DNA of 64,000 nt from Lama glama (GCA_028534125.1 CM052817.1:94180001-94244000), one strand, 5' to 3'. Positions 1 through 13,305 are shown, counted from the first letter of the stretch. Numbers and translations are program-made. The notes: generated by a model from the sequence alone, not told the origin.

Positions 1-154
1 CCCCAATGATGAAAGAATGCAGATGGAGGAATAAAGGGGAGGGAAATGGTGCCTTATGTTTTGAATACTCTTTTCCTTTTCTGCTCATTAGACCTCTCTC
101 TGCTCCCCACTAACCTTCTCCCCTATTTTCCTCTCTGACCCTTCAAAGTCTGTC

Positions 155-265
155 TTCCCTACTAGATTATAAGTTCCAGGAGGATAAAAACCACATTGAT
201 TTTGGTCTCTGCTGCACCCCCCAGGGCATAGCATAGTGCCTGACATACAGAAGATGCTTCAGGCG
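155..265 (+). mobile_element. L2 3'-end fragment
   Basis: ctagattataagttccaggagg...gcatagcatagtgcctgacatacag resembles the L2 3' terminus. Confidence 0.6.
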
Positions 266-2692
266 TGCACGCGTAGCAGATGAGTGAGGAACGTAAGGTG
301 GTTTGGCTGGGGGCACAGAGCACTGGAGACTGAGCTTTTATTTCTCTCCCTCTCTCATTGTTGACAGCTTTACCCTGGTCTGATTTCTTCTCATCCTCCA
401 TCTCTAATCTTGAAGGAGCCTACCTACTGGGCAGCAGCAAGATGTTCCCCACAATGGGGTGCCGGACACATTTTCCCATGGCACCTTTTTCTGCGTGGTG
501 GTTAGTCTGTTGAAACTGTATGCTTAAGGAAGTTGTGGGCTGGCCAGAGAAGTGAGCCGCTATGAGCAACATTGTATCTATGAGAAAATGCATTCTGGAG
601 TCCAGTGAATCTACTTACATACAAACTTCTGGATATGCCTCTTTTCCATTAGTTGGGGACTGCCATTGCATGATCTCTTGTTCAGGCTTTAATTCATTAC
701 TAATATGTAAATGGACAGTAAGCCATTTCTTTGTAGAAGGATCAGAGCCAGAAGTCTTTCCTTCTGAGGTTATGCACTCTTCCATTAAAATGAATTTCAT
801 TCATCCGACAAACATGGTAGTGTATTTCAAATGTATTTATAGAGTGCTGGGCACACGCTGGGCTTTGTAGGAAGGATTCACACGTGAATAAGGGGGGACT
901 CTACCCTGTCAAGGTCACAGTCAGGTTTCCAGTTTGTTTTTTTTCAGGTTTCCATTTAAATAGGAATTGCACTCATGTAGCCCGCGAGGTCACTTCGAGC
1001 TCTGATATTCAGTCATTCTGTGGTTTTGAATTGCCCTATTCATTTGCTCATTTTTCTTATCATACGTGGTTCTACTATACAGTGTATTTTTAGATAATGA
1101 TGGAGAAAGCATACTGACATGCATGAATAACAGTTAATATACAGTAACCCTACCTTTGCAGCTTTCAAGTAATTCTGAATTTATCTATCATTGAGAATGA
1201 AAAATCCAGGAGCTAACCATTTCTTTTCATTCCAACTTTTTATCATGAAAAGAATGAAGCCGGAGACATTGTGAAATTGACATAAAAATAGAGCCATAGG
1301 GGCTTTGTGTTGGAAGGGTACACATTCCTCAAGGATCATATGTATGAGTGTTGGGGTTAACAGATATTTTTTAAATGCTCTCCTGTAATTTTCCTACTTT
1401 TATAGGAAGTATGTGTTCCTCCTCCACTACCACCATCACACACATAGACACATTTCCATGCGCATAACATGGCATCTCTTTAGATAAGTAAAAATATTTC
1501 AGTGAAGTATTTTTCTTTCTCCAAATCATTTACCCTTGCGTCTTAATGACTACTTGAGGAACAAAACCTAGTTTCTGGGAACCAGAATGTGGGAAATCTG
1601 GATGTTTATATAAAAAATTCTACAGACATTTATAAAACATACTTAGAACTCTCTGGAGTGAAAAAATAACTGTGTTGTATGAGAACAGTCCGCCTTGAAA
1701 CTTGGAGAAGTTACCTGGTAGTTAATTTCAAATCTGATCTGAACCACAAACATCTCTGTTGCTGCATCTCTTTTATTTTTAATTAAAGTCTGCAATTCGG
1801 GTAATATATTAACTGTTTCTGGCAAGTGAATTGATGACCGTTTCCTCTCAGGATCTGGAAAGAAACAGGTACTCTTTCTAGCTTCTGGAATTCCATTTAG
1901 TGATCATGGTAACAGGAGAGTCCCTGAATTAGTGCTTAAACTTGAATTTGCCAGTACATTTTGGAGTGTTATTTTCCCTCTCTACAATAACTACTAATAA
2001 ACTACCTATTTTATTGCCTTGCTGGTTTCTTATTCATCATCTTAGCAGTTTCTTTTAATGTAAAAATCAATCTTTAGCCAGAATCTGGTCCCCACAGTTA
2101 ATGAGAAATTGAAAACCCACATTTGATAAGTAGTTCGGTTTTAGTGATGGAACAATTTATAAATTATTCAGCAGTTTGCTTCTGTGAGCCTCTAAGTATT
2201 CTTTGCTGTTCTGTTTAGTACAGAATGATAATTCCTGCAGGTATCCATCACAGTGTTCGTACTGACAAAAAGAGATCATTATCAAGAGTTGGCAAGCACC
2301 TGGAATTACTAAAACACACTGGATGCATATTAACTTGGTTTAGTCAATACTTATCATTATTACACCACTGTAGACAGAAATCAAAGGTAGAGGCACTTCT
2401 GCAAGTTTATTGGAAGATTGTTTTTAGCTAAAGTTTCCCTGGTAGGAGGAAATCAGATTCTTGCGAAGTAATGAATCAAATTTAAAATGAGAGAAAGTCT
2501 TGTCTTGGTAACTGGCACAGAAAAGGTAAACAGTGAGCAATCCTTTCACTTGTGCCAAGGAAGGTAAACATTCAGACTTAGAAGTTCAGATTGTCTCACA
2601 ATCCACAGTTCTGCACATTGTGAGGCATTTCCTTCTATTTGTGCCTTAAGTACGTGCATGTGATACAGAATTGGTAAGCTTGGTATCATTTT

Positions 2693-3222
2693 TTTAAACA
2701 TTTTTTATTGACTTATAATCATTTTTACAATGTTGTGTCAAATTCCAGTGTAAAGCACAATTTTTCAGTTATACATGAACCTACAATATTCATTGTCACA
2801 TTCCTTTCTCTGTGAGCTACCATAAGATCTTGTGTATATTTCCCTGTGCTATACAGCATAATCTTGTTTATCTATTCTACAGTTTTGAAATCCTGTCTAT
2901 CCCTTCCCACCCTCTGCCCCTTTGGCAACCACAAGTTTGTATTCTATGTTAGTGAGTCTATTTCTGTTTTGTATTTATGCTTTGTTTGTTTGGCTTTTTT
3001 GTTTTTTTAGATTCCACATATGAGCGATCTCATATGGTATTTTTCTTTCTCTTTCTGGCTCACTTCACTTAGAATGACATTGTCCAGGAGCATCCATGTT
3101 GCTGCAAATGGCATTATGTTGTCGGTTTTTATGGCTGAGTAGTATTCCATTGTATAAATATACCACATCTTCTTTATCCAGTCATCTGTTGATGGACATT
3201 TAGGCTGTTTCCATGTCTTGGC
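2693..3222 (-). mobile_element. Young 5'-truncated L1 (ORF2 C-terminus, 3'UTR, polyA) with 18-bp TSD
   Basis: Minus-strand frame AKTWKQPKCPSTDDWIKKMWYIYTMEYYSAIK...KEKYHMRSLICGI* is an uninterrupted ORF2 end. TSD taagcttgg(t/c)atcatttt at 2675-2692 and 3223-3240, one mismatch. Confidence 0.93.
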
Positions 3223-3979
3223 TAAGCTTGGCATCATTTTATGTGCATCTGTGTTATCTTTTCCACTTTTGTTTCCTTTTACTCTCAAAATGAACATTGA
3301 GCTAGATTTTTGCTTGTGATGAGTCAAGTTTTGCTTATCCTTGAGTTTTTTCTAAGTTCATTGTGTATATAGCAAAGCACAAAATCAGAAATTGATGGCA
3401 AATGTGACCCAAGAAAGGAAACTGTTAGCTTTCTAAAGTCTTTAGTCATTCTCAGAGGAAGACAGAATAAATTAAATGCTAATACCAGGCCCACTTTCTA
3501 TAATAAAGAACAAATGAATGAACCACCAACACAAAACAAAAACTGGCATCTAAAAATTTATGACTGGTGTTTTTCATGTGTTTCCTAGAGAACATACACA
3601 ATGAAATGCAACTCCCTTAGTTTCAACAAAAATGCTGTTTGAAAATTCAGCCATGTAAAGACACTGATCTCTGATACTGTCTGCTTTGGGTTCAAATATT
3701 AAAAAGCTTCCCATAAATTATTTATCATTTACTTCTTAATACCCAAAATGCACCTGATTTGGAGGGTTAAGAAGATAGCAGATTCATTTCTTCTAGATAA
3801 GTTCTAAGGCCATGAACCTTAAACTTAAAAATTTTGACCTGCTGTTAACGTTTTATGTTCTGTACAAAGATGATACTCTGTGTACATGGTTAATACATAC
3901 ATCTAAGTGAAAAATATGTATAGGGCACTAGCCTAGGTATTCAAATTCTATATAAATATAAATATTAAAATGGATTAAT

Positions 3980-4389
3980 TTTATTTGCTATGACAGCTCT
4001 ATTGAGGTATAAACTGCATACTGTAAAGTTCACCTTTTTATGTAAGTGTACAAGTCAGTGGTTTTTAGTAGATTCTCAGAGCTATACAGCCATCACCACT
4101 ATCTAATTCAAGGACATTTTCACCACCGTGAGAAAGAAACCCCACCCCCTTCACTCCCACCCCTACGAGCCTTAGCCAACCACTAATCTCTTTTCTGTCT
4201 ATGTGGATCTGCCCCTTCTGGTCAGTTCATATAATGGAATTATATAACATGTGACCTCTTGTGTCTGGCTTCTTTCACTTGGCGTAACGTTTTTAAAGTT
4301 CATCCACGTTGGGATATATGTTAGAACTCCGTGCCTTGTTGCTGCCGAAGAGTCTTCCGTTGTTGGGATATATCACAATTTGTTTATCC
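3980..4389 (-). mobile_element. Older L1 (L1M-type) 3' fragment
   Basis: ccatcaccactatctaattc...tgtctggcttctttcacttggc...tttatcca motifs; aaatggatt at 3968 and 4390 is a possible TSD. Confidence 0.75.
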
Positions 4390-6179
4390 AAATGGATTGA
4401 ATTGATGCTTTAATTGAAAATTCTGTGATTCTCAAGACCCTCTATTATTTTCCTAGGCTGCTTTCTCTTACCTCTCTCTCTGTTCACATCCCACACCTTT
4501 CATGGCTGAGTGTTCACTGTACTTTTTCCTTGTTTGAAGACTGTCTCAAATGCTACTTCCTTCTTGAATTTTTTCCTTGATCACTTCAGTGATAAGCAAT
4601 CTCTCTTCCTTCAGATTGTCACAGCTCTATGTATGTGCCACAGTTTCAACTTTTGCTTTTGGTCATTTTTGTACCTGTCCCTCATTTCAGATTTTATCAC
4701 ATGAACCAGGAACACTTCTGTTGCTATCAGAAATAGCCTTGCAAATAGCCAAAAATCACTAAGTACTTTTAACTTAATGGGTGTCCACAAGACTAAGGCC
4801 TAATTGATAGTTGCTGGTTCTAGTCGGGATGGCAAAAAACTGTCCCAGGAATTAAGGAAGACAAGGACATTTTTGGAAGAAACTGTCTTCCCATTATTAG
4901 CACGGGGACCTAGTGTCTGCACATAATTGGAACTCAAGACATGTTTGTTGAACTGGACCCAGTGTCTGGTAGCAGGACTGGGGAAATCTTCAGTGTCTCT
5001 AGAAAGGAAATTCTGTATTTATTTATAAATATCCTTAGAAGCCCCAGGTTTAAATGGGAGAGAGCAAGAGTGAGAGCATATGTTGGTCCAATGAGGAAAA
5101 TGTTTGGGAAGGACCTCTTTACAAGAAAGCCCCAGAGCTGTGGCTTTTCACTTTTATATTAGATGTGTCACATTTGGATATGTCATTAAAAGTGTGCTTT
5201 TTTTCTGTTCCCTTCCGAAGGAGTAAGTTCAATTCCCAGTTATAACTGAAGCCTTCGTAAAACAGACACATAAGTTCTCCTCTCAGTGCAAGGGCTTGAG
5301 GGTACATCTTTCATCTTTTTTGAAGCCATAATTGGACCACCCTTAAGTCAGGGGTCATGCCGCAAATTCTGATGAGGGTCTAAGTCCCAATGATAAGGCC
5401 ATCGCAAGTGCTCCCTGCAGGTACAGCAGGGAAAAGGGCGTTGCTTCCGGGCTCGTGTTTCCAGCCCCATCCACAGGGCTTTGAGAAGGATGAAAAATGA
5501 TATTGGTGGGTCCTGATTTTGAGGAAAAAAGAGGAAATGGGTTCCTGCTGGCATGGCAAAGAATTTCTCATATTCTAGTGCTAATAACTGTATGTGGTCA
5601 AAGTTCAGAGACAGGGAGCCCCAGGCAGGGAGGACAGCAGCCCAGAGTTGGAAGAAGTAAACACCTGGGCTCTTGGGGTTCTCTTAGCTTCCGCTTTTTT
5701 CATAGCTGTGGTCCCCCCCACCCCGAATAGGACTGTGCTGTTTCTGGAGTAGATGATACTGTCTCCATCATCCTGTGATTGTCCAAAACTTAGATATTCA
5801 AGGAATTATAAAAGTTTTGTAGCTTTCGTTTTTATCTTCCTCATTCCCCTCTGTCCAAGTTGCTCCAGATAACGCCAGATTTCTATAACTATATACAGTT
5901 AAAAATCTTTCGATTATGATATACAAGTAATTGTTTCTGGCAGCAGATTGCTCTGGAGGTTTCTCTTTGTATTTTGTGCAGTTCTCAAGATTTTGTTCCT
6001 CTTTATGTCATAACTTAAAAGTTGTCCTTATTTCCCTTTGTCTAAATTCATCTGTTTTTTTGTGTGCTTTTCCCACCTGATCCTTTGTTTGCTTAATGCT
6101 TGCTGTGACGCAGAAAGAAATACCAAGGATTCATATTCATTTTATATGACTTTGTTGGCAGTGAGAAAAGACAGTATTT

Positions 6180-6320
6180 GGGCAGAGGGTGTAGCCCAAA
6201 TGGTAGAGCGTATGCTTAGCATGCATGAGGTCCTGGGTTCAATCCCCAGTACCTCCTCTAAAATAAATAAGTAAACCTAATCCCCCCCTAAAAAAAATAA
6301 GAAAGAAAGAGAAGAAAAAA
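6180..6320 (+). mobile_element. tRNA-Ala-derived SINE (Vic-1-like), long-tail form
   Basis: gagggtgtagcccaaatggtagagcgtatgcttagcatgcatgaggtcctgggttcaatccccagtacctcc, then aaataaataagtaaacctaatccccccc and an A-rich tail. Confidence 0.9.
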
Positions 6321-6946
6321 CATGCTTCCCCCTTGATATAGTCTTTATGAGATAAAAATCCACGCCAGGTGAAAATACCCTACTGCTGTAGTTTCCACGG
6401 AAAGTCAGCCTCTGTAGGATGAAATAAGAGATGAAAAAGAGAAGTCCGGTGGTGTTTGCTCTTTCACAAACCCGTTTTTGGAGGAAAAAAAAGAAAACAT
6501 AATAGATACATGATTTTCCCAACAACCGCTGTTGATGTCCAAAATCTGATACTGTCATGTGGCATCCTGATGTGGCTTCCTCTTTCTGAAGGAAGGACGG
6601 TATGCGAAGCCCAAATGCTTGTCTAACTGGGAAGCCGCTGTTAAGGAATGTGCAGGAAATAGAGCTGCTTAAGCAGTTCCGTGGAGACGCCCGACTCGCT
6701 GTGACCCGTCGGGGCTGCGTGCCTGCCCACTGTCCTGATGAGTTCTGAAAACTGGCTTCAGATCAGCAAAAGGCCCAGCGTTATCACAGCGGCACTGCCA
6801 CTAATGAGTAAGAATGCTGGAGCTGGCCCGGTAGGAAGGAGGCTCCTCTAACAGTTACAGCAGCCGAGCTCTCCAGCACCCGGCCCGCCCCTTCCCTGTC
6901 CCGGGAAGCTCTCAGACCCAAACCGGATGCAGACCCGCTTAGCTGG

Positions 6947-7808
6947 TGCATTGATCAGGGGCCTGGCGGGAAACAGGTGGCCCACACAAGTTGGACAATT
7001 TGAGGAACATTTAATAAAAAGACTGCTTACAAAGTAGACCAGAAAGAGAAAGAAAAATACCGTATGAGATCACTTACGTGTGGAATCTAAAAAAATAACA
7101 CAAATGAACTTATTAGCAAAACAGAAACAGATTCACAGACACAGAAAACAAATTTAGGGTTACCAGGGGGAAAAGGAGAGGTGGAGGAATAAATTGGGAG
7201 TTTGGGATTTGCAGATACTAACTATTATATATAAAATAGATAGATAGCAGGGTCCTACTGTGTAGCACATGGAGCTAGATTCAGTACCTTGTAATAGCCT
7301 ATAATGAAAAAGAATATGAAAAGGAATATCTATCTATATAGATAGATAGGTAGATATCTGAATCACTATGCTGTAGACCAGAAATTACCACAACATTGAA
7401 AACCAACTATACTTCAAAAAAAATTTTTTTAAATAATAAATCTAAAAGACCACTTACCAAAATCTGTAGTAAGAATGCAAGGACAGGTAAGAAGGGTGGG
7501 CAAGGGCCACTCCCGACACTTGCAGAGGAAAGAGGAAGAAGTTTTACCAAACCCCAGGCGCGAAGGCTGTGTAGACATGATGGACTTGCAGGAGCTGAGG
7601 TCTCCAGGTCAGGGGGTGCATAAGGATGCAGCTAGGGAATCGGTCCCCTACCCTCAGGGTCCTTTCTCTCTCACCCCATTGACCAAACCCATTTGAAAGC
7701 CAGAGAACATGCCATGTTGCAGTCCTAACAGTTAGCCTGCCCAGCTCAGAGTGGGGCAGAACCGATGGAGAGTGGATCTGGAGGGGTGGGTGGACACTGT
7801 CCAGTGCA
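6947..7808 (-). mobile_element. MaLR (MLT1-like) solo LTR interrupted by an L1
   Basis: Begins tgcattgatcagggg...aatttgaggaacatttaataaa and ends gagagtggatctggagggg...ccagtgca, resembling recalled MLT1 consensus ends. Subfamily uncertain. Confidence 0.65.
7039..7443 (+). mobile_element. 5'-truncated L1 3' end nested in the MLT1 LTR
   Basis: agaaagagaaagaaaaataccgtatgagatcacttacgtgtggaatctaa...caactatacttcaaaaaaa; degenerate TSD aaaagactgcttac / aaaagaccacttac. Confidence 0.88.
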
Positions 7809-8169
7809 GTTGTTGTCAAAACGATTCCTATCTAGAAGGGGACATCCCTGTCACTGATGCTATGGAACTTGAGTCTGTGGAGAATCACTGAGTCTCAAAA
7901 CTACTTGAGGTTACTCAGTTCAGGCATCCAAAAAGTGCAGACTTCATAATCATCCAACATCTAGTTTAATATTTTCATTTCTAAAGAACAAAATCGTCCT
8001 TCGAGCAGCAGCATGTCCTGTTGTGGAATAGGTCTATTTTCTTGTGTTGAAAGCCGCCTTCCTATAACTTAGAGTGGTTGCTAGTTCTCTCTTTTGGAGC
8101 TACACAGCACAGGGCTAGTGTCTTGTCCTTTGTCTCTTGTCCCCACGATAGCCTTTTTGTTGGTTGTTG

Positions 8170-8335
8170 TTTGACAGTCATTCATTTACTCAGCATGTAT
8201 TTATTGAACGCCTGCCATGGGCCGGGACTTGTTCTAGGTGGGAGACAGTCAGCTGTGAACAAGACGAAACTCCTACATTCATGAAGCCTATGTTCTAGTG
8301 GATAGAGGTGGACTTTGAGCAAAGAAATATAAAGT
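8170..8335 (-). mobile_element. L2 3'-end fragment
   Basis: cattcatttactcagcatgtatttattgaacgcctgccatgggccggg is a reverse-complement L2 terminus. Confidence 0.7.
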
Positions 8336-8379
8336 GTGACGACCAACCAGTGGCAGTAACTGCTGGGACTGTCAGCTGT

Positions 8380-9380
8380 TAGCCATCGTTCAGGAGAGAA
8401 ACCTAAATTCATTATGAGTCACCTGTGCAGTGTGGTTGCCAGAAAGCCTCATTCCTTCTTAGGCTGTGTAAACAGAATGCCCAGCACTACAGAGCTTGTG
8501 TTTCCTCCCGTTTCTTATTGTCCAGCTGGACCTGGGGTATTACATTTACATTCCAGAAGGCCGTTGGCAAACCAGAACTTGCTCAGGGGCTGTCCCTGGG
8601 AGAGCCTTTTAAATACTTGAGAAAAGCCATCCTGTCTTCAGAGAGTGTTCTTTCGGCCAAACCTTGCCAGTTTTGTCACCAGTTTCTCAGATGGTGTGAT
8701 TTCTAAACCCTTAACCATCTTGGTCTTTCTCTAGAAAATTTATTTCCTCCAAAAATGCTGCTCCCAGAATTTACCTCAGTTCCTTAGATGTGGTTTCAAC
8801 TTGGGCAATGCCCAGTAGACTGTTTCTTCCCTTGATCTGGTTATTTAATTTTAATGATGCAGCCATGGATTGAATTTCCTTTTTTTTTTTTTAAACCAGC
8901 TGTGTTACTTTTGCCTCTCTGTGTTAAAGTACCGTTAAGCCAGGTCTCCAGCATTTCTCTCTGTACGATTTCTGTTTGTACTTAAATAGGGGGCTCAATA
9001 TCCATCTCTATTAAAATGTTGTCTCATGGCTGTCCACGCAGTTTTCTACATTAAGATTCTTTTCAATATTAACTTTTATGTAACTTTGTGCCATCTACAA
9101 AATTAGCAAGCATAGCCTCAAACTTCACCTGTGTGATTAGTATCATTATTCAGTTAAAAAAAAATAAGGACACCAGACCATTCCTTCAGGCTCAGTAATT
9201 AGTACTCTCCTAGGACGGCATTTCAAGTAACTGTGAGTAACCTTAACTGTGTCTTCCAGCTCACATTTGTGCATTTTATATAGACAGTTTTGAAAAATGA
9301 AGAGACATTCTATTTGTGGCATTTCTCTCTGATACCAGGCTTACCAAAAAAAACTCCAAATGTACTGGGATAATTTGACA
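8380..9380. mobile_element. Ancient CR1/L3 LINE remnants
   Basis: atgagtcacctgtgcagtgtggttgccagaaagcc...cttaggctgtgtaaacaga resembles L3 in sense; 8620-9380 resembles L3 in antisense. By eye only. Confidence 0.5.
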
Positions 9381-11483
9381 TGACAGCGGAAATACAGGAA
9401 GACGTTGCTGCTCCCTCCTACCCCTAAGTCTTTATAATCTACTTGAAATTAAGGCAGAGTCGTGTCTGAATTGGTACTGGCCTTACTGGTCTGTGGTGTA
9501 CCCTTTCTGCGTGTGCCCTTTCTTCCTTTCTGGAACCTCTACCTTCATGCTTCAGAGCTTGCCAGTAGTGACTCCCTTGGATGAGATGAAGCTAAAATTT
9601 AAATGTGACCTCTGTTCCCTCTTTTCAGGATGGGCCACCGTTTCCAGTTTTAAGTCTCTTGCTTGATCAAATGTAAAACATCAAAATCAAACCAAAGTTG
9701 AGTAATTGGGCCTTCTGACTTGGGTGAAGGTTGTATCATCTTCCCCAGGAATTTTTTTCTTGCTTCTGATGAAGCTTAAAAGAAAGTGAGAGGGGCCATG
9801 GTGCCAGGGTTGCCGCTGCTGCTGGCTTCCCTGAGGTCTTCTGGACTCACGTTCCTCACTGGCTCACAGGGAGCCAGCTCTTCCCTGCAGTCGTAGGTTA
9901 TGTGCCCAAAACACTAGGGTGTGTTTTTGGTTTGGTTTTTTTTGGGGGGGGTGGTGGTTGGTTTTTAATTTGTGAGCTCCCTGGAAGATGTGTAGTTTTT
10001 TCTTAAGAGGCCACCTTGTTTATGGTTTAGAAAAAAGACAATATTGACCTTACTCTTCCTGGGAACATTTTTGTCTTCCAGAGCGTTTGGTGTCCTGTTT
10101 TCTAGGATTTTCTCAATTAAGTGTACAACATCGTGAGTCCACTCAAATGCCTATGAGCCCGTATGCCTTGCTGGTCATGAGACTTTAAAGGGGAGAGTCA
10201 CAGAGGTGATCTCTTGACTGGTACAGGAGTGTCTGTGGACCAGAATGTCATTAGACATGCCAAACCTGTGAAGTCACATGACCTTTAACTGAGGGTTTGT
10301 GTCCTAGACCACAAGTATACCAGATGTGCTTGTGCAGGCTGGAGGGTCAGCGTATTAGGAAAATCAGTATATTAGCTAAGTTGATAGACCAGAAGCTGTT
10401 GCATAGTTTTTCTTGCCTTTTTTTTTTTATGTGCCCCAAAGAAAAGACTAAATCCCATCTGGAGCACATTATAATCTTATACTTTAGATTCATAAACAAA
10501 ATATGCTCGGGTTTTCCAAGTTTGGCTGTGTTGAGTTTACCCTGAGTATCAGGTTTCTTTCCTTTTGACTTTGACTGATTTTTAGTTGACTAGGAAAGCA
10601 GAAGTCATACTTTTGTTCGTTGCCCACGGCTATTCTGAGGTTCCTGTGGGCACCTCATATCCACCTGATATTGTTTCAGAAGGACTACCACAGCTTAGCA
10701 GTCGTGGCTTCTGTGAACATTGGTCCTGGTTTGAACATCCTCGGGTAACTCACTCTCAAAGGTGTCTTGGTTTGGAAGAATTGTATTGTTCCCTTGGGTC
10801 TGTCCCAGAGTATCCTAGGAAGCAGTGGTTCCCACTGTGCAGTCATTGCCCTGACCTCTGGGCCTTCCTTACTCACCTTTTCCTGCAGGAAGACTCTAGA
10901 ATGACTTGTAGGACTGGAATACCCAGCAATCCTTGGAATACTGTTTAGTTTTCTTGGAGGCACATCTGATTATATACTCCCTTAGAAGGATCAAGGTGCC
11001 ATTCATGGCTGAGGACCAACTTTCATCTTTGGATCAGATTGAAAACACATCTTCTTAACGTAACTGAACCTTTCTTAGCTGAGTCTATTTTAAAACTTGC
11101 CAATGAAGCCTCCTTTGTAGTATCTGTGGATTAAATGAACTGTTGATACCTCATGGATCTTTTAAAAACCTGCAGGCTTTCACGGGCTGCTCTATCCAGG
11201 CAGTGACCACTGTCAATCTTCTGTCTCCTTCCTACAGGTAGTACCCAGAAGGCAGGGACTGTGGCTCATCCATCTTGCCTCCAGCACTGATCATTCAGTG
11301 GGTGTGGATGAGCAGGAGGGACGGAGAAGGAGGGGAGCTGCTAGTAAGCCCTGTGGCTTTCTGCTTCCCTTTTAGCAGTCAAAGTGCCTGAGCTGCCAGT
11401 CTAGGAATATGAAAGGTAGTAAATATTTTTGGAAGTGGCCTCCACAGTTTTCTGAATAGGACAGATCATTTAGTTTCCCCAGC

Positions 11484-11719
11484 TTGTAACCCTTCAGCCT
11501 CAGTACCATTGGCAAAGCAGGCCTGGATGACTCTTGGTTGTTGGGCTACCTGCGCGTGGTGGGATGTTTGGTTCACAGCATCCTTGGTCTCTACCCACTG
11601 GATGCCGGGAGCACACCCAGCACACCCCACCTCTGGCGGTGACAACCAAAAAGGTCTGTGGACAGTGCCAAACATTTTGGGGGGCAAAATAGTACACCCC
11701 CTGCCCCCAAGAACCACTG
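11484..11719 (-). mobile_element. MER20 (hAT-Charlie) DNA transposon fossil
   Basis: cagcatccttggtctctacccactggatgcc...gtgacaaccaaaaa...gggggcaaaat...gaaccactg are MER20 hallmark blocks. Confidence 0.85.
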
Positions 11720-12240
11720 CTTTACAGGAGCTCATGTCTGGGATCAGTGCAGACCAGAGCAACCAGCAAGTAATCAAAATCTGGAGTTGGAAGGGAACTT
11801 CGAAATCATCAAGCATGCTGCTTCCCCTGGTACTCCTCCCTCTCCCACCTTCCACCCCCCAAACACACACCACCATGGTACACCTGACGAAACCGTGCCC
11901 CAGGGCACCTAGTGAATATAAAAAAGAAAAAAAAACTCAAGCATTTGAGGACTGATTTTGGACTGTAGCCTTGTGTGTTTTAAGATTGTTTACAGGTCAT
12001 GAAAGTGTGTCTACTTTTAAGCAACTCAGTAAGAAAACATAAGCTTCTAGTCATAGATAAGGAAGTATAAGGATTCACATCACAGAAAAACTAAAGGCTA
12101 GCACCACTGGGAAAAAGAATTTAAGGCATATATTTGATTTTTTTATATTAAAAATAAAACCAGAATAAACTCACTAGAATATGACTGGATTTCTGGCACA
12201 GCCCTGTGGAGCTGTATGGGTTTGTATCAGACTATTTTAA

Positions 12241-12281
12241 GTGTGTGTGTGTGTGTGTGTATGTGTGTGTATATATATATA
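12241..12281. repeat. (GT)n(AT)n microsatellite
   Basis: Directly visible. Confidence 0.95.
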
Positions 12282-13144
12282 AAGAAACAGAGAAAAGTAT
12301 TTAAAGTAACAGTAATTTGGCTTTTTCAAAAAACGGCTTGCCTCTGAGATCGAGGCAGTGTAGATAATGGCCTCCCCGATGAGGTCTTTTCACTGAGGCT
12401 AAGTTATGTTTTATGAGGGCATTTTGTCTCTTACTCAGAATTCTCACAGAAAGGCAAGAACACCAAATTAAATATTAGCTGCCTGTGGTTATTCTAAGAC
12501 TCATCTCAATAGCCAGGAGAATTAGGTTCTCACGCTCTGTACCTTTTGATTACAAACAGCTTGAAGCAGGTTTCCGTTGTCCTTCGTCAGAAATCACAGA
12601 GGGTCGGCACACTGAGACGCTTGGGGACCGAGATTAGGCAATTCAGAGTCTCTCATGCGTGTGAGCTGCCTTTTGTTTTGATCCCCGTCGTTCTTAGCCG
12701 GTCTTTTTCAAGATTCTTGCTGGAAGGACTGCCCTGAGTGAGGACATAAGAGGAAACGGCAGGACCCTGAGCCACCAGGTCCACACAGTACCTCCTGTTT
12801 GAGGTAGAGTGAGATGCAGCGGACACATTTGGGTCTGATCTTTCGGTTGAGAGTATGATATTTAGATTTCATCTGATTGTTCTTTCTTGTGGTTTTTGTT
12901 TGGTTTGGTTTAAGCATAATCATCACGTCTAAACTTATACAACAGGAATATTTCTGAAACGTCGTGGATAAAACCACTGTAATGAATCAAAAAGTGTCAG
13001 AAGAACTTGCTAACTGAATTTATCCCAGTGTCCAGGTCCCCTGTTTCCTTGAATAGGCACAGAGGTCACCACCCTCCTCTGATTTATCTCTTTATAGACA
13101 CTGGATTTTTTTTTAATCTTCTTAAACTGGGCACCTCAATTCTT

Positions 13145-13305
13145 CTTTTTTATGTTTTATTTTTTTGGAATATATATTTTTTATTGAAGTATAGTCAATT
13201 TACAATGTTGTCAACTTCTAATGTACAGCACAATGCTTCAGTCATACATGAATATACATATGTTCATTTTCAGATTCTTTTTCACCGTAAGTGACTACAA
13301 GATAT
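13145..13305 (-). mobile_element. L1 extreme 3' tip
   Basis: ttttattgaagtatagtcaatttacaatgttg...cagattctttt. Confidence 0.8.

Noticed and set aside
3007..3327. 106-aa minus-strand ORF as a gene
   Set aside because: The C-terminal part is L1 ORF2. The N-terminal part is chance read-through past the TSD from a non-ATG start.
11466..11955. Overlapping 136-aa and 148-aa ORFs on both strands
   Set aside because: They span a non-coding MER20 fossil and show no protein similarity I recognise.
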